A stretch of DNA of 41,161 nt, from NCBI GenBank assembly GCA_002926195.1, contig MZXQ01000095.1, forward strand, positions 1 to 41,161, read 5' to 3'. Shown piece after piece: positions 1-8,171 of this stretch. Below the pieces are notes generated by a model. That model was not told where the DNA came from and did no database searches. It saw nothing but the letters and a program-made list of their open reading frames with translations. Source of the DNA: Candidatus Methanomarinus sp. HR1. Lineage in GTDB: Archaea > Halobacteriota > Methanosarcinia > Methanosarcinales > Methanocomedenaceae. Both the position numbers and the translations under genes were made by a program. Numbering within the stretch: position 1 is the stretch's first letter; every line of letters begins with the position of its first letter.

Positions 1-428
1 TCATTGAACCAACTTCTGTGAAGGGGTTTGAAGTCTTCAGGTATATGATAAAACGTGGTTTTAAAGGTATCTGTATGTCTAAAAAACATCCTGATGAAAT
101 TAGAAAAGAGATAAAAGAGGATCATCTTCCATTAATATGGTTAACAAACGAGAATATTGATATTCCAAATTGTGTATGTACAACAAATTTATTAAAAATT
201 GGTATGACTATTCAATCATTTTATAATAAAGCTAATAATATTATTTTATTCATAGATGATCTTAAATATCTTGTTGATACCAAGAGTTCCGGGATCGTGA
301 ATGGTTTTATTGAAGAAATAAAAATGATTAGTATACAGAATAACAATATATTATTGATATCCTGTGATATAGATCTAATAGAAAAGAAAGTTATTAATCA
401 AAAGGATTTTGAAATTATTAAACCTTAG
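1..428 (+). CDS. 3' part of a gene entering from the left edge; DUF835-like archaeal domain protein
   Basis: The frame is open from position 3 to the TAG at 426-428. The GTG at 18 is only the ORF-finder's first possible start. The pattern KGICMSKKHPDEI ... PLIWLT ... NIILFIDDLKYL ... ILLISCD matches the DUF835 family as I remember it. Confidence 0.5.
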   Translation, partial: IEPTSVKGFEVFRYMIKRGFKGICMSKKHPDEIRKEIKEDHLPLIWLTNENIDIPNCVCTTNLLKIGMTIQSFYNKANNIILFIDDLKYLVDTKSSGIVNGFIEEIKMISIQNNNILLISCDIDLIEKKVINQKDFEIIKP

Positions 429-496
429 CAGAATAATAATAATATCGTAAAGGTGATATCTACATAAATCTGTGCTTATTTAAGGACAAATGATAA

Positions 497-586
497 CCAC
501 AGAGGGCACAGAGAGCACTTTAGCACAAATACTCTTATGCTTTTGAGTGTGCTCTCCGGCAGAATAGAAAACTGTGCTCAGTGTGG
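497..586. repeat. Imperfect nested palindrome rich in CACAG/CTGTG between convergent genes
   Basis: Inner arms gagagcac (511-518) and gtgctctc (549-556) are a perfect 8-bp inverted repeat. Outer arms ccacagagggcacag (497-511) and ctgtgctcagtgtgg (572-586) match 12/15 as an inverted repeat. Confidence 0.6.
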
Positions 587-624
587 ATTTTACCTTTATG
601 ATTTCCTCTTATTAAACCGGGAGA

Positions 625-2547
625 TCATACCAGATCCAGTACCTCTTTAATGAACTTGCCTGTTCCTACCTGTTTCATGACATTTCCAAGTCTCTCTCGA
701 CCCGGTTTTGTCCTGTATTTAACAAACGTACCAGCAATTGCATCGATCAATTTAGGTATCTCCTCTTGTGTACAGAACGATTTCAACAAGATTCCGTCTG
801 AAGGTCTTCGTGCATCATTTCCGCCGATCCACATGGAATATCCACGCTCTTTTTCGATCATAGCCTCGCTTGGACAGCCCCTGATACACCAGCCGCAGGA
901 TATACACTTATCCTTATCGATCTGGGCCTTTTTAAGTACTATTGAAATAGCATCCACCCTACACAGTTCGGCACACCGGCCGCATCCATTACATTTCTCG
1001 GGGTCGAGTTCAGGACGTACCTGGCCTATGAGACCAATATCGTGACGGGTTGGTCTGCTGCAGGCATTCGGACATCCGGAAATACTGATCTTCATTTTAT
1101 GGGGTGTAAGTTTTTGTGCAAATGCCATGGTAAGCTCACCGGCGAGTTTTTTAGTCTCAACCAGCCCTTCTGTACAGTATTCACTACCTACACACGACAG
1201 TACATACCCCATTCCTATTGTTGCCATTCCTTTTGAATAGAGTTCTGCCATAAGTTTATCTACATTAGGACCTGGAACACCCTGTATCTCCACACTCTGT
1301 CTGGTAGTAATCTCAAGCGTACCATCACCGTACTTGTTAGCCAGTTCTGCTGCATTTGCCAGACTATCTGCATTAGTCAATCCGGAATTGGTTTTTATCT
1401 TAACAAAGAATGTTCCCTTTGTCTCACCCATAACGCCCGGATAATCAGATGCCCAGTAGAACTTGACCTTCTTGCCTTCATCCAGACGTCTCTTTAATTC
1501 CCACTTGAACCGCTGCATCTTAAGACCGGCAAACTCCTCGATCCTGTGGAGATCGATATTCGATTCAGTCTCGATATATCCTGCTTTTTCTGCCATCTTG
1601 ATCAGTTCAACACCTTTTTGTGTTCTTCCTATGAGCGTGGTCCATCCTTTGCCTGAACCCATATATCCGGCAGAGATATCAGCAAGTTTTGCGACTGCAT
1701 CCCGACATATCACGCAGCCATCCTGTACGCAGCCTGCATTCCATAGATCATTAAGGTCAAACTCGTGTGTTTGTTCATCAGTAGTTACTACCAGTGAATC
1801 CAGGTGTATCTTGGCACTTTTCACTTTTTCAATATCTACACCCTTTTCTGACATAAAGGTAGTCAATATATCATAATTAAAGTTCTCGGTACAGAACAGG
1901 CCAATCACATATGCTATATTAGGGACCTTGATCGTCTCTCCATTCTCGCCGACTTCATAACCATGTGCTGTAAGGCCAGGGAAGAACTGTGTCTTTCTAA
2001 TTCCATACACATGACAGGGTAGTCCGACAACAGCGGCATTGGTTATATCTTTAGCATCCTTGATAGCAGAAAGAACAGGAACCGCTGAATACTTTGAACC
2101 TGCGCTCAAAAGCAGTTCATCTTTTGTCCTGACCACACGTGAGGTTGGTTTTCCGATATCGCCTGTGGTAATTGCACCGTCGATCAATCCCTGGTCCATA
2201 CAGTATGACAACAGAGCAGTTACAGCACCGCCGTCCTGGCCGGCTTCGAGAATTGCAGCATCAGTTGCACGTGCGGATACAAGAAGATCATATTGTCCAA
2301 GCAGTGCAGGTGGTTTTGCTTTAAACCCAAATATATTAGGGCCAATCTTTGAGGAAAATGTCATCATACGCTGACATACATCTTTACAGGCTCCCTGCCC
2401 GTTTCTCGGACATTCTTCCTTTAATACGGGACCGCTCCCGGTGAACTCTATACGGTCATTAGGACATACTGTTGCACATGCACCGCATAATGTACACATT
2501 CCAGTGTCTACAACTTCATCTTTTAGAAACCATTTGTATTCTTCCAT
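625..2547 (-). CDS. fsr: F420-dependent sulfite reductase-like fusion (FrhB/FpoF-like N-half plus siroheme sulfite/nitrite reductase C-half)
   Basis: The N-half has CTLCGACATVCP and an FrhB-like body. The C-half has SGCPNACSRP (siroheme-[4Fe-4S] type) plus CNGCGRCAELC and CISCGWCIRGCP ferredoxin motifs. I moved the start from 2625 to the ATG at 2547 (MEEYKWF...), which is preceded by GGTGAT at 2556-2551. Confidence 0.8.
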   Translation of the reverse strand: MEEYKWFLKDEVVDTGMCTLCGACATVCPNDRIEFTGSGPVLKEECPRNGQGACKDVCQRMMTFSSKIGPNIFGFKAKPPALLGQYDLLVSARATDAAILEAGQDGGAVTALLSYCMDQGLIDGAITTGDIGKPTSRVVRTKDELLLSAGSKYSAVPVLSAIKDAKDITNAAVVGLPCHVYGIRKTQFFPGLTAHGYEVGENGETIKVPNIAYVIGLFCTENFNYDILTTFMSEKGVDIEKVKSAKIHLDSLVVTTDEQTHEFDLNDLWNAGCVQDGCVICRDAVAKLADISAGYMGSGKGWTTLIGRTQKGVELIKMAEKAGYIETESNIDLHRIEEFAGLKMQRFKWELKRRLDEGKKVKFYWASDYPGVMGETKGTFFVKIKTNSGLTNADSLANAAELANKYGDGTLEITTRQSVEIQGVPGPNVDKLMAELYSKGMATIGMGYVLSCVGSEYCTEGLVETKKLAGELTMAFAQKLTPHKMKISISGCPNACSRPTRHDIGLIGQVRPELDPEKCNGCGRCAELCRVDAISIVLKKAQIDKDKCISCGWCIRGCPSEAMIEKERGYSMWIGGNDARRPSDGILLKSFCTQEEIPKLIDAIAGTFVKYRTKPGRERLGNVMKQVGTGKFIKEVLDLV

Positions 2548-2595
2548 AATATCACCTATGATTGAATAATATAGTATCCTCAATTCCATATAAAC

Positions 2596-2623
2596 ATTTC
2601 GTATGAAATTTACGAATTTCGAC
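2596..2623. promoter_or_regulatory. Candidate operator between the divergent fsr and lrp TATA-like boxes
   Basis: Half-sites ATTTC (2596-2600), GAAAT (2605-2609) and ATTTC (2616-2620) are present. GAAATTtacgAATTTC (2605-2620) is a 6+6 palindrome, and ATTTCG is directly repeated 20 bp apart. The site is flanked by ccatataaa (2585-2593, fsr side) and gtatttatatc (2631-2641, lrp side). Confidence 0.3.
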
Positions 2624-2661
2624 ACATCATGTATTTATATCATTATGACAGTTAGATAATA

Positions 2662-3171
2662 ATGAATGATGAAGAGATCAAATGCTGGAGAAAGGAGTCA
2701 TGCGGTGATCTGCTGGATAATTTGCAAATCGATGATATTGATATGAAGATCATCGGTATACTTAGTGAGAATGCAAGAATAAGTAATGTAGATATTGCCA
2801 ACAAGATCGATGTCAGTGAAGGTACTATCAGGCGCAGGATCAATGAAATGGTTAAAAAGGGGACCATAGAGGGGTTTATTTTACTTCTTAATTGCAAGGA
2901 AGCTGAAAAATGTGTCAAGACATTTATCAACATGAAAGTAGATGATATCTGCCTTGATAAGGTTATCGAAGAACTGCTAAATGATCATGAAAGAATTATC
3001 GCCCTGTATCGCGTTAATACAAAGTTTAACATTATGTGCGAGGCAATGTTCCCTTCGGTTATTGAAATGCAGAGTTTTATTGATAGGTTTTCTACGATTG
3101 AAGGGATCATTGATTCTGAAGTAAAAATGGTGATCGGATCATATAAAAAATGTCTGTGGACCGGAATTTGA
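2662..3171 (+). CDS. Lrp/AsnC-family transcriptional regulator
   Basis: An N-terminal HTH (IDDIDMKIIGILSENARISNVDIANKIDVSEGTIRRRINEMVKKGTIEGF) is followed by a RAM-like C-terminal domain. The gene is divergent from fsr. Confidence 0.85.
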   Translation: MNDEEIKCWRKESCGDLLDNLQIDDIDMKIIGILSENARISNVDIANKIDVSEGTIRRRINEMVKKGTIEGFILLLNCKEAEKCVKTFINMKVDDICLDKVIEELLNDHERIIALYRVNTKFNIMCEAMFPSVIEMQSFIDRFSTIEGIIDSEVKMVIGSYKKCLWTGI

Positions 3172-3197
3172 TTTTTTAATAGTATATAATCTGTAAG

Positions 3198-4646
3198 ATG
3201 ATATACACAAGAAAATCCGACCGAAGGGAGGATTTTGTTCTTAATATTTCATCCGGGGGCTTATCAGTGGATATATTCGATGAAATCCGGGACATAGTCA
3301 CTTTAAATCGTGTTAGCCGGGACCCGGCAGAGTTATACTGCTATTCATATGATGCTTCATATATCAGTTCAACTCCTGATTATGTCGTTATGCCTCATTC
3401 CACGCAAGAAGTATCAGCCATAGTAAAACTTGCATCTCAATATCGTATACCCATAGTACCCAGAGGTGCAGGTACGGGCCTATCAGGTGGTGCTGTACCA
3501 ATAAGCGGTGGGATAGTACTTGATATGAGCCGTATGAACAAACTGCAAAAGATAGATATCCCAAACCTCCAGGTACTGGTCGAACCCGGTCTTATTCATG
3601 CCCGGCTTAACAGTGCCCTTGAACCATACGGATTTTTCTTCCCTCCTGACCCTGGCAGCAGTGAAATGTGTACACTGGGCGGATTTATTGCGAATGGCGG
3701 CAGTGGTATGCGCTCGGTCAAATACGGGACAGTCACCCGATATGTACTGGACCTTGAGATTGTGCTGCCTGATGGTGAAATTATCCAAACAGGATCCATG
3801 ACTATGAAATCCGCATCAGGATATGACCTTAATGCACTTATGGTAGGGTCTGAAGGCACGCTTGGAATTATTACCGCAGCCAGGTTAAAGATACATCCTA
3901 TACCGAAAGCCAGAAAAGTAGTACTTGCCCATTTTAATGATCTTGATGCAGCAGGCAGGGCCGTCCCTGCTATAATGGGCCAGGGAATTGTACCCTCTGC
4001 CTGTGAACTGATGGACAGTACAACAATACAGGCACTTAATATATATGACCCTGACCTGAATATTCCCGAATGTGAAGCCTTGCTGCTTATAGAAGTAGAC
4101 GGCACACCTTGCAGTATAGACTCTGATGCAGTAGATATTACCAACTGCTGCCGGGCATTAGGAGCCTTTGATATAAATACTGCCGGTTCTGTTTTGGAAC
4201 AGCAAGAAATATGGAAGGCACGACGCCTGGTAGGTGCTGTGATGACACGATTATATCCTGATAAGACCAGGGTCTATATAGGTGAGGATATTGCAGTACC
4301 TCTATCTGCTATCCCGGCAATGCTTAAAGATATACGTTCGATCTCTTCACGTTACAATATTACGATCATGACCTATGGTCATGCAGGAGACGGTAACTTA
4401 CACACTGGTATGGCTATTGATATACTGGATAAGTACCAGTATGAACAATTAAAGCAGGTGGCTGATGATATCCACAGGGCTGCTCTTCGAAATGGAGGTA
4501 CGGTATCAGGAGAACATGGTATTGGTTGTGTAAGGGAAATATATATGGAACAGGAACACGGCAGGGGACTTGATGTGATGAAACAGATAAAAAAGGCACT
4601 TGACCCTCATAATATAATGAATCCCCAAAAGGTCGGACTTGAATGA
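3198..4646 (+). CDS. FAD-linked oxidase, GlcD / D-lactate dehydrogenase family
   Basis: The FAD-binding PCMH pattern is present (PDYVVMPHSTQEVSAIVKLA ... IVPRGAGTGLSGGAVP), as is the C-terminal GTVSGEHGIG motif. The first ~16 codons are encoded by the repeat at 3208-3245, so the GTG at 3267 is an alternative start. Confidence 0.85.
   Translation: MIYTRKSDRREDFVLNISSGGLSVDIFDEIRDIVTLNRVSRDPAELYCYSYDASYISSTPDYVVMPHSTQEVSAIVKLASQYRIPIVPRGAGTGLSGGAVPISGGIVLDMSRMNKLQKIDIPNLQVLVEPGLIHARLNSALEPYGFFFPPDPGSSEMCTLGGFIANGGSGMRSVKYGTVTRYVLDLEIVLPDGEIIQTGSMTMKSASGYDLNALMVGSEGTLGIITAARLKIHPIPKARKVVLAHFNDLDAAGRAVPAIMGQGIVPSACELMDSTTIQALNIYDPDLNIPECEALLLIEVDGTPCSIDSDAVDITNCCRALGAFDINTAGSVLEQQEIWKARRLVGAVMTRLYPDKTRVYIGEDIAVPLSAIPAMLKDIRSISSRYNITIMTYGHAGDGNLHTGMAIDILDKYQYEQLKQVADDIHRAALRNGGTVSGEHGIGCVREIYMEQEHGRGLDVMKQIKKALDPHNIMNPQKVGLE
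3208..3245 (+). repeat. H6 hairpin module of the dispersed repeat family
   Basis: The sequence caagAAAATCCgaccgaagggaGGATTTTgttcttaat has stem 3212-3218 / 3230-3236. It is the exact reverse complement of 7714-7746. Confidence 0.85.
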
Positions 4647-5680
4647 AACAGTACCTGAAGGATATTGTCAAGTGTGTTAAATGCGGTCGGTGTCGTACAG
4701 TATGCCCTTCACAGAATGTACTGGGCTGGGAATCCTCAGGTCCCAGGGGCAGGATGTTGATGGCACTGGGATGTACTTGTGATCTTGAGATGTCCCGGGG
4801 GATGATTGATGGTTTTCTAACCTGTACAACCTGTCATCAGTGCGTAAGCGAATGCCCATCCGGCGCAGACCCACTGGAAATTACACGAGTTGTTAGACGT
4901 GAACTTATAGATATGGGACATGTAGCTCCTCACCAGATAGAGATAATGAACCGTGTATCCGGGTCAGGAAATTCACTGGGAGATGAATCACCCAGGACAT
5001 CCTGGCTTGATATTCCGGTTGATGCTGGATCTTTTGATCATATTTATTTTGTGGGATGCCTTGCCTCATATAGACAGCAAGAGACCACTGCTGCTATATA
5101 TTCGATCCTGCGGCAGTTTAGTGTAGGGCTGCTGGAAGATGAGAAATGTTGCGGATCACCTTTATATCGGCTCGGCCTGGATACATCGGAATTAATAGAG
5201 CATAATTCATATCAGATAAAAAAAGCAGGGGCACATACGGTCATTACAGAGTGTGCCGGATGCTATGCTATGTTCAGGGGACAGTATGAATTTAATGTTG
5301 TCCACCTTAGTGAATTTTTATCAGATAGGCTTGAGCAACTACCGCTTAAGAGACTTAATATTACAGTAAGCTACCATGACCCATGTCATCTGGGTAGGTT
5401 CAATAAACTCTATGATGCTCCAAGAACAGTTATCAATCATATCTGTACTCTTGAGGAGATGAAGTATTCCAGGGAGAAGGCAGGATGTTGCGGAGGTGGA
5501 GGTGGTGTCAGGTTAGGATATCCCGAACTATCAAGTATGGTAGCAAAGGACCTTGCTGCAAATATACCTCAAGGTATGGACTATGTGGTAACTGCATGTC
5601 CTTTGTGCATCAGGAACCTTTCTGATATAGGTATAAAGACTATTGATCTTGCGGAACTGGTAAGGATGTCTATGGTGTGA
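4643..5680 (+). CDS. GlcF/HdrD-like Fe-S protein with two CCG domains
   Basis: Motifs CVKCGRCRTVCPS and CTTCHQCVSECPS are followed by CCG motifs (EKCCGSP, AGCCGGGGG). There is a 4-nt ATGA overlap with the upstream oxidase gene. Confidence 0.8.
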   Translation: MKQYLKDIVKCVKCGRCRTVCPSQNVLGWESSGPRGRMLMALGCTCDLEMSRGMIDGFLTCTTCHQCVSECPSGADPLEITRVVRRELIDMGHVAPHQIEIMNRVSGSGNSLGDESPRTSWLDIPVDAGSFDHIYFVGCLASYRQQETTAAIYSILRQFSVGLLEDEKCCGSPLYRLGLDTSELIEHNSYQIKKAGAHTVITECAGCYAMFRGQYEFNVVHLSEFLSDRLEQLPLKRLNITVSYHDPCHLGRFNKLYDAPRTVINHICTLEEMKYSREKAGCCGGGGGVRLGYPELSSMVAKDLAANIPQGMDYVVTACPLCIRNLSDIGIKTIDLAELVRMSMV

Positions 5681-5688
5681 TCATATCA

Positions 5689-5946
5689 TTATTGATCCCA
5701 GAATTCTTTTTCATAATCATCCGGAATGTCTTCCATATTCATCATGTTTTTGGTTTTTGTCTCACCTAATATGCCTCTGGCATAATCGTCAATGATAGGT
5801 TTACCCCTACTTTTTCTTTCACTGGGAGGGTAGTAACCTATTATACAATATTCTTCTTTTGAGCGCCACTCCACTATATACATCGGACATTCATTACCTA
5901 TACATGATCCGGTTTTAGTTCTTTGACATTGTAAAGGAAGTGCCAT
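5689..5946 (-). CDS. Small Cys-containing hypothetical protein
   Basis: This 85-aa ORF lies 71 nt downstream of, and co-oriented with, the AAA ATPase gene. It has four Cys in its first 34 residues. I recognise no family. Confidence 0.4.
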   Translation of the reverse strand: MALPLQCQRTKTGSCIGNECPMYIVEWRSKEEYCIIGYYPPSERKSRGKPIIDDYARGILGETKTKNMMNMEDIPDDYEKEFWDQ

Positions 5947-6017
5947 AATATAGATATATTGGGTTACTAATAGATTAAATTACGGATAGGAATTATTGAT
6001 ATGGCAGTAAATCCGGA

Positions 6018-7307
6018 TCAATAATCAAGAAGCCATTTACACAGAGAAACATATCTGACGTTCTTCCCGGAAACAATTTCAACCGCCTCATAATCCCATG
6101 TAATGATTAACAGATTATCGCATTGAAGTTCCTCTGAACCTTGCAGGAGAGCTTTTATTTCACGCTCTTTTGTCACAAAATCATCAAGCATGTAACATAC
6201 CTGTATAAGCTCAGAAACCTTTTTCCCCTCCTTAATGATAAAATCAATTTCCCGGCCGGATGTAGACTTATAGTAGAATAGATCTCCTTTGCTTCTTCTT
6301 TTCAGTTCAATAAAAACGATGTTTTCAATTAACCTCCCATAGTCCCGTATACCTTGCAGGGACAGTAGTCCATTATCGACAAGATATATCTTTGATATAC
6401 TTGATTCTATTTTTTTGTAAGAATAAGAGAAACTCTTGAGTGGAAAAACAATAAATGAATCTTCAAAATAACCGAAATAAGTATATAGTGTATTCTTGCT
6501 TACCTTATAGCCTTGCGATTTAAGGAAATTATAGAACTTATGGATTGAAAATTCCTTTGAATTGAATATAGCATTAAGGAAGAGTTTCAGCATCTTTATG
6601 TTTTTCACATCATATCTTTCCACAATATCCCTGAATATTGTCACATCTATTATCTCACTCAATATCCGGTCCCACTCTTCCCTGTAAAGCACTGTTTCAG
6701 GAAACCCGCCGTATCTGACATAATCTTCAAGCTTTTGGATTATTTCTCCCATTTGCGCTAATGAAAGATATTCTTCATACTCGAGTTTGCCTGCTTTTAA
6801 GACTTCGGCAAAAGAGAAGGGATATACATTATATGTCAGGCTTCTTCCTCTCATGCTTGTGGCAATCTCTTTACTCATAAGTTTAGATGATGAACCAGTA
6901 ACAAACACATTGACATTTTCCATATCAACAAGTGTCCTTACAAATCGTTCCCAATCAGGGATTACCTGTATCTCATCAAGAAATAACCAGGTTTTTTCAT
7001 TCCTGCCAGGATAAATCTCAAAAAATACTTCGAGAAGTGTGTTCAGGTCTTGTGACACTGCACCCACCAGTCTTGAATCTTCAAAGTTCACATACAATAT
7101 ACTGTTTTTATCCTCTTTACGCGCTAAAAGCTCTTTGATTCCCATATACATGAGATATGTCTTACCTGACCTTCTGGGACCTGAAAGAACAACAGCTCTG
7201 TCTAATGGGATGTCAAGAGGATAGTGTACATCCCTCTGTATAATGTTACGATATCGCCTTTTTTGGAAATCTTTAATTATGTTTCCCCAGAGTGTCTTTG
7301 AGATCAT
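6018..7307 (-). CDS. AAA+ ATPase, AAA_14 + DUF4143 (COG1373-type)
   Basis: It has Walker A GPRRSGKT and Walker B LFLDEIQ. The length and the C-terminal restriction-endonuclease-like tail pattern are typical of this family. Confidence 0.8.
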   Translation of the reverse strand: MISKTLWGNIIKDFQKRRYRNIIQRDVHYPLDIPLDRAVVLSGPRRSGKTYLMYMGIKELLARKEDKNSILYVNFEDSRLVGAVSQDLNTLLEVFFEIYPGRNEKTWLFLDEIQVIPDWERFVRTLVDMENVNVFVTGSSSKLMSKEIATSMRGRSLTYNVYPFSFAEVLKAGKLEYEEYLSLAQMGEIIQKLEDYVRYGGFPETVLYREEWDRILSEIIDVTIFRDIVERYDVKNIKMLKLFLNAIFNSKEFSIHKFYNFLKSQGYKVSKNTLYTYFGYFEDSFIVFPLKSFSYSYKKIESSISKIYLVDNGLLSLQGIRDYGRLIENIVFIELKRRSKGDLFYYKSTSGREIDFIIKEGKKVSELIQVCYMLDDFVTKEREIKALLQGSEELQCDNLLIITWDYEAVEIVSGKNVRYVSLCKWLLDY

Positions 7308-7360
7308 AGTATTATATAAGAGGAAATAATTAATAAAAGTTTCCCCTTATAGAATACTAT

Positions 7361-7640
7361 TGTGCCTGGTCACCGGCAGATTATATCAATATCTGCACTG
7401 AACTGCCGCCGCTATCGGCGAAGCCTACGCTCAGTAGTGCCAGGATGGGGATAGTAGTGATTAGGGGTTTTAGGAACGGGTGCATAGGAAGGCGATGTGC
7501 AGCCCCAGCCATAAACGATCCCGGATTTCGCTTCGCTAAGTCCAGGGCATCAACGGGAGGGAGGCCGGGTTGTTAGATCAGTATGTATAGAGATGGTGTG
7601 AGTGGGTGGATGTTCACCGAAGGCAGCACAATGCTTGGTT
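7361..7640. ncRNA. GC-rich non-coding island; candidate structured RNA of unknown class
   Basis: By hand count, G+C is ~53% over 7381-7620 versus ~32% in 7641-7700. I found no long ORF in the frames I translated by hand, and the track lists none of 60 aa or more here. Local helices include cgccg-ctat-cggcg (7407-7420) enclosed by ctgcact (7393-7399) / agtgc(c)ag (7436-7443). The strand is undetermined. Confidence 0.25.
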
Positions 7641-7713
7641 TTCATTTCCACTTTTCATGAAGTTGCAGTAGAATTAATAGAAAAACTGCTAACTATGTCC
7701 ATTGAAAAAGGTA

Positions 7714-7827
7714 GAACAAAATCCTCCCTTCGGTCGGATTTTCTTGACTGAAGCTTCGAAGAAGCTGAAGATTAGAAAATGTGAACGGAGTGAACATTTT
7801 CGATACATCAAGTTATACTTGATATAC
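7714..7827 (-). repeat. Composite hairpin repeat (modules H6-H5-H2-H1), inverted shorter copy of 29981-30148
   Basis: The stems are H6 at 7718-7724/7736-7742, H5 at 7752-7757/7761-7766, H2 at 7775-7781/7795-7801 and H1 at 7807-7813/7817-7823. The reverse complement aligns to 29981-30148 except for a ~54-nt block. Confidence 0.85.
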
Positions 7828-7907
7828 TAAAATAAAAAATAATCAGGCTATTCTAAAGGCGTTGCAATGAAATTTGAACTGGTAGCTACAGAATTCTTTA
7901 TCAGGCA

Positions 7908-7956
7908 AATAGAAAAACTGGAGAACAAAATCCTCCCTCTGGTCGGATTTTCTTGA
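7908..7956 (-). repeat. Second local H6 hairpin copy preceded by the AATAGAAAAACTG motif
   Basis: The sequence is aatagaaaaactg + gagaacAAAATCCtccctctggtcGGATTTTcttga, with stem 7927-7933/7945-7951. The same 13-mer occurs at 7676-7688, and aatagaaaactg at 563-574. Confidence 0.8.
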
Positions 7957-8171
7957 GTATATATTCCTATAGATTATATACTATGAAAAATCTAAGAATC
8001 AAATAAAAGAAAAAATCCAGTTGATTTCATCCAAACGATTTAAATACTAGACGGACATATTAATTATAATAATATAAATATAATTTATTGAAAACGATCT
8101 GATATACAATTCCACGATTGTGTGGTAGCGGATTTTGGAAGGACCGCAGAAAAAAACGGGAAAGGAAAAGA

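Noticed and set aside
650-2374. Four plus-strand ORFs (650-1045, 1042-1236, 1463-1876, 2039-2374) opposite fsr
   Set aside because: They lie entirely within and antisense to a well-supported 640-aa gene. Their composition is Ser/Pro/Leu-rich and low-complexity, with no motifs, which is typical of shadow ORFs.
2548-2625. 26-codon N-terminal extension of fsr (ORF-track start at 2625)
   Set aside because: The extension (MSKFVNFIRNVYMELRILYYSIIGDI) runs through the TATA-like box and carries no conserved sequence. The ATG at 2547 has a GGTGAT Shine-Dalgarno site.
3483-4671. Minus- and plus-strand ORFs overlapping the GlcD-like gene (3483-3788, 3596-4144, 3598-3801, 4414-4671)
   Set aside because: They are antisense or off-frame shadows of a gene with clear FAD-oxidase motifs.
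7361-7640. SRP (7S) RNA or RNase P RNA
   Set aside because: It lacks the helix-8 GGAA/AGCA-type SRP motif. 'gctaagtcc' only loosely resembles the RNase P CR-I GAAAGUCC, and the CR-V-like partner would be just 25 nt away rather than at the 3' end. It also has no group II intron domain V and no C/D boxes.
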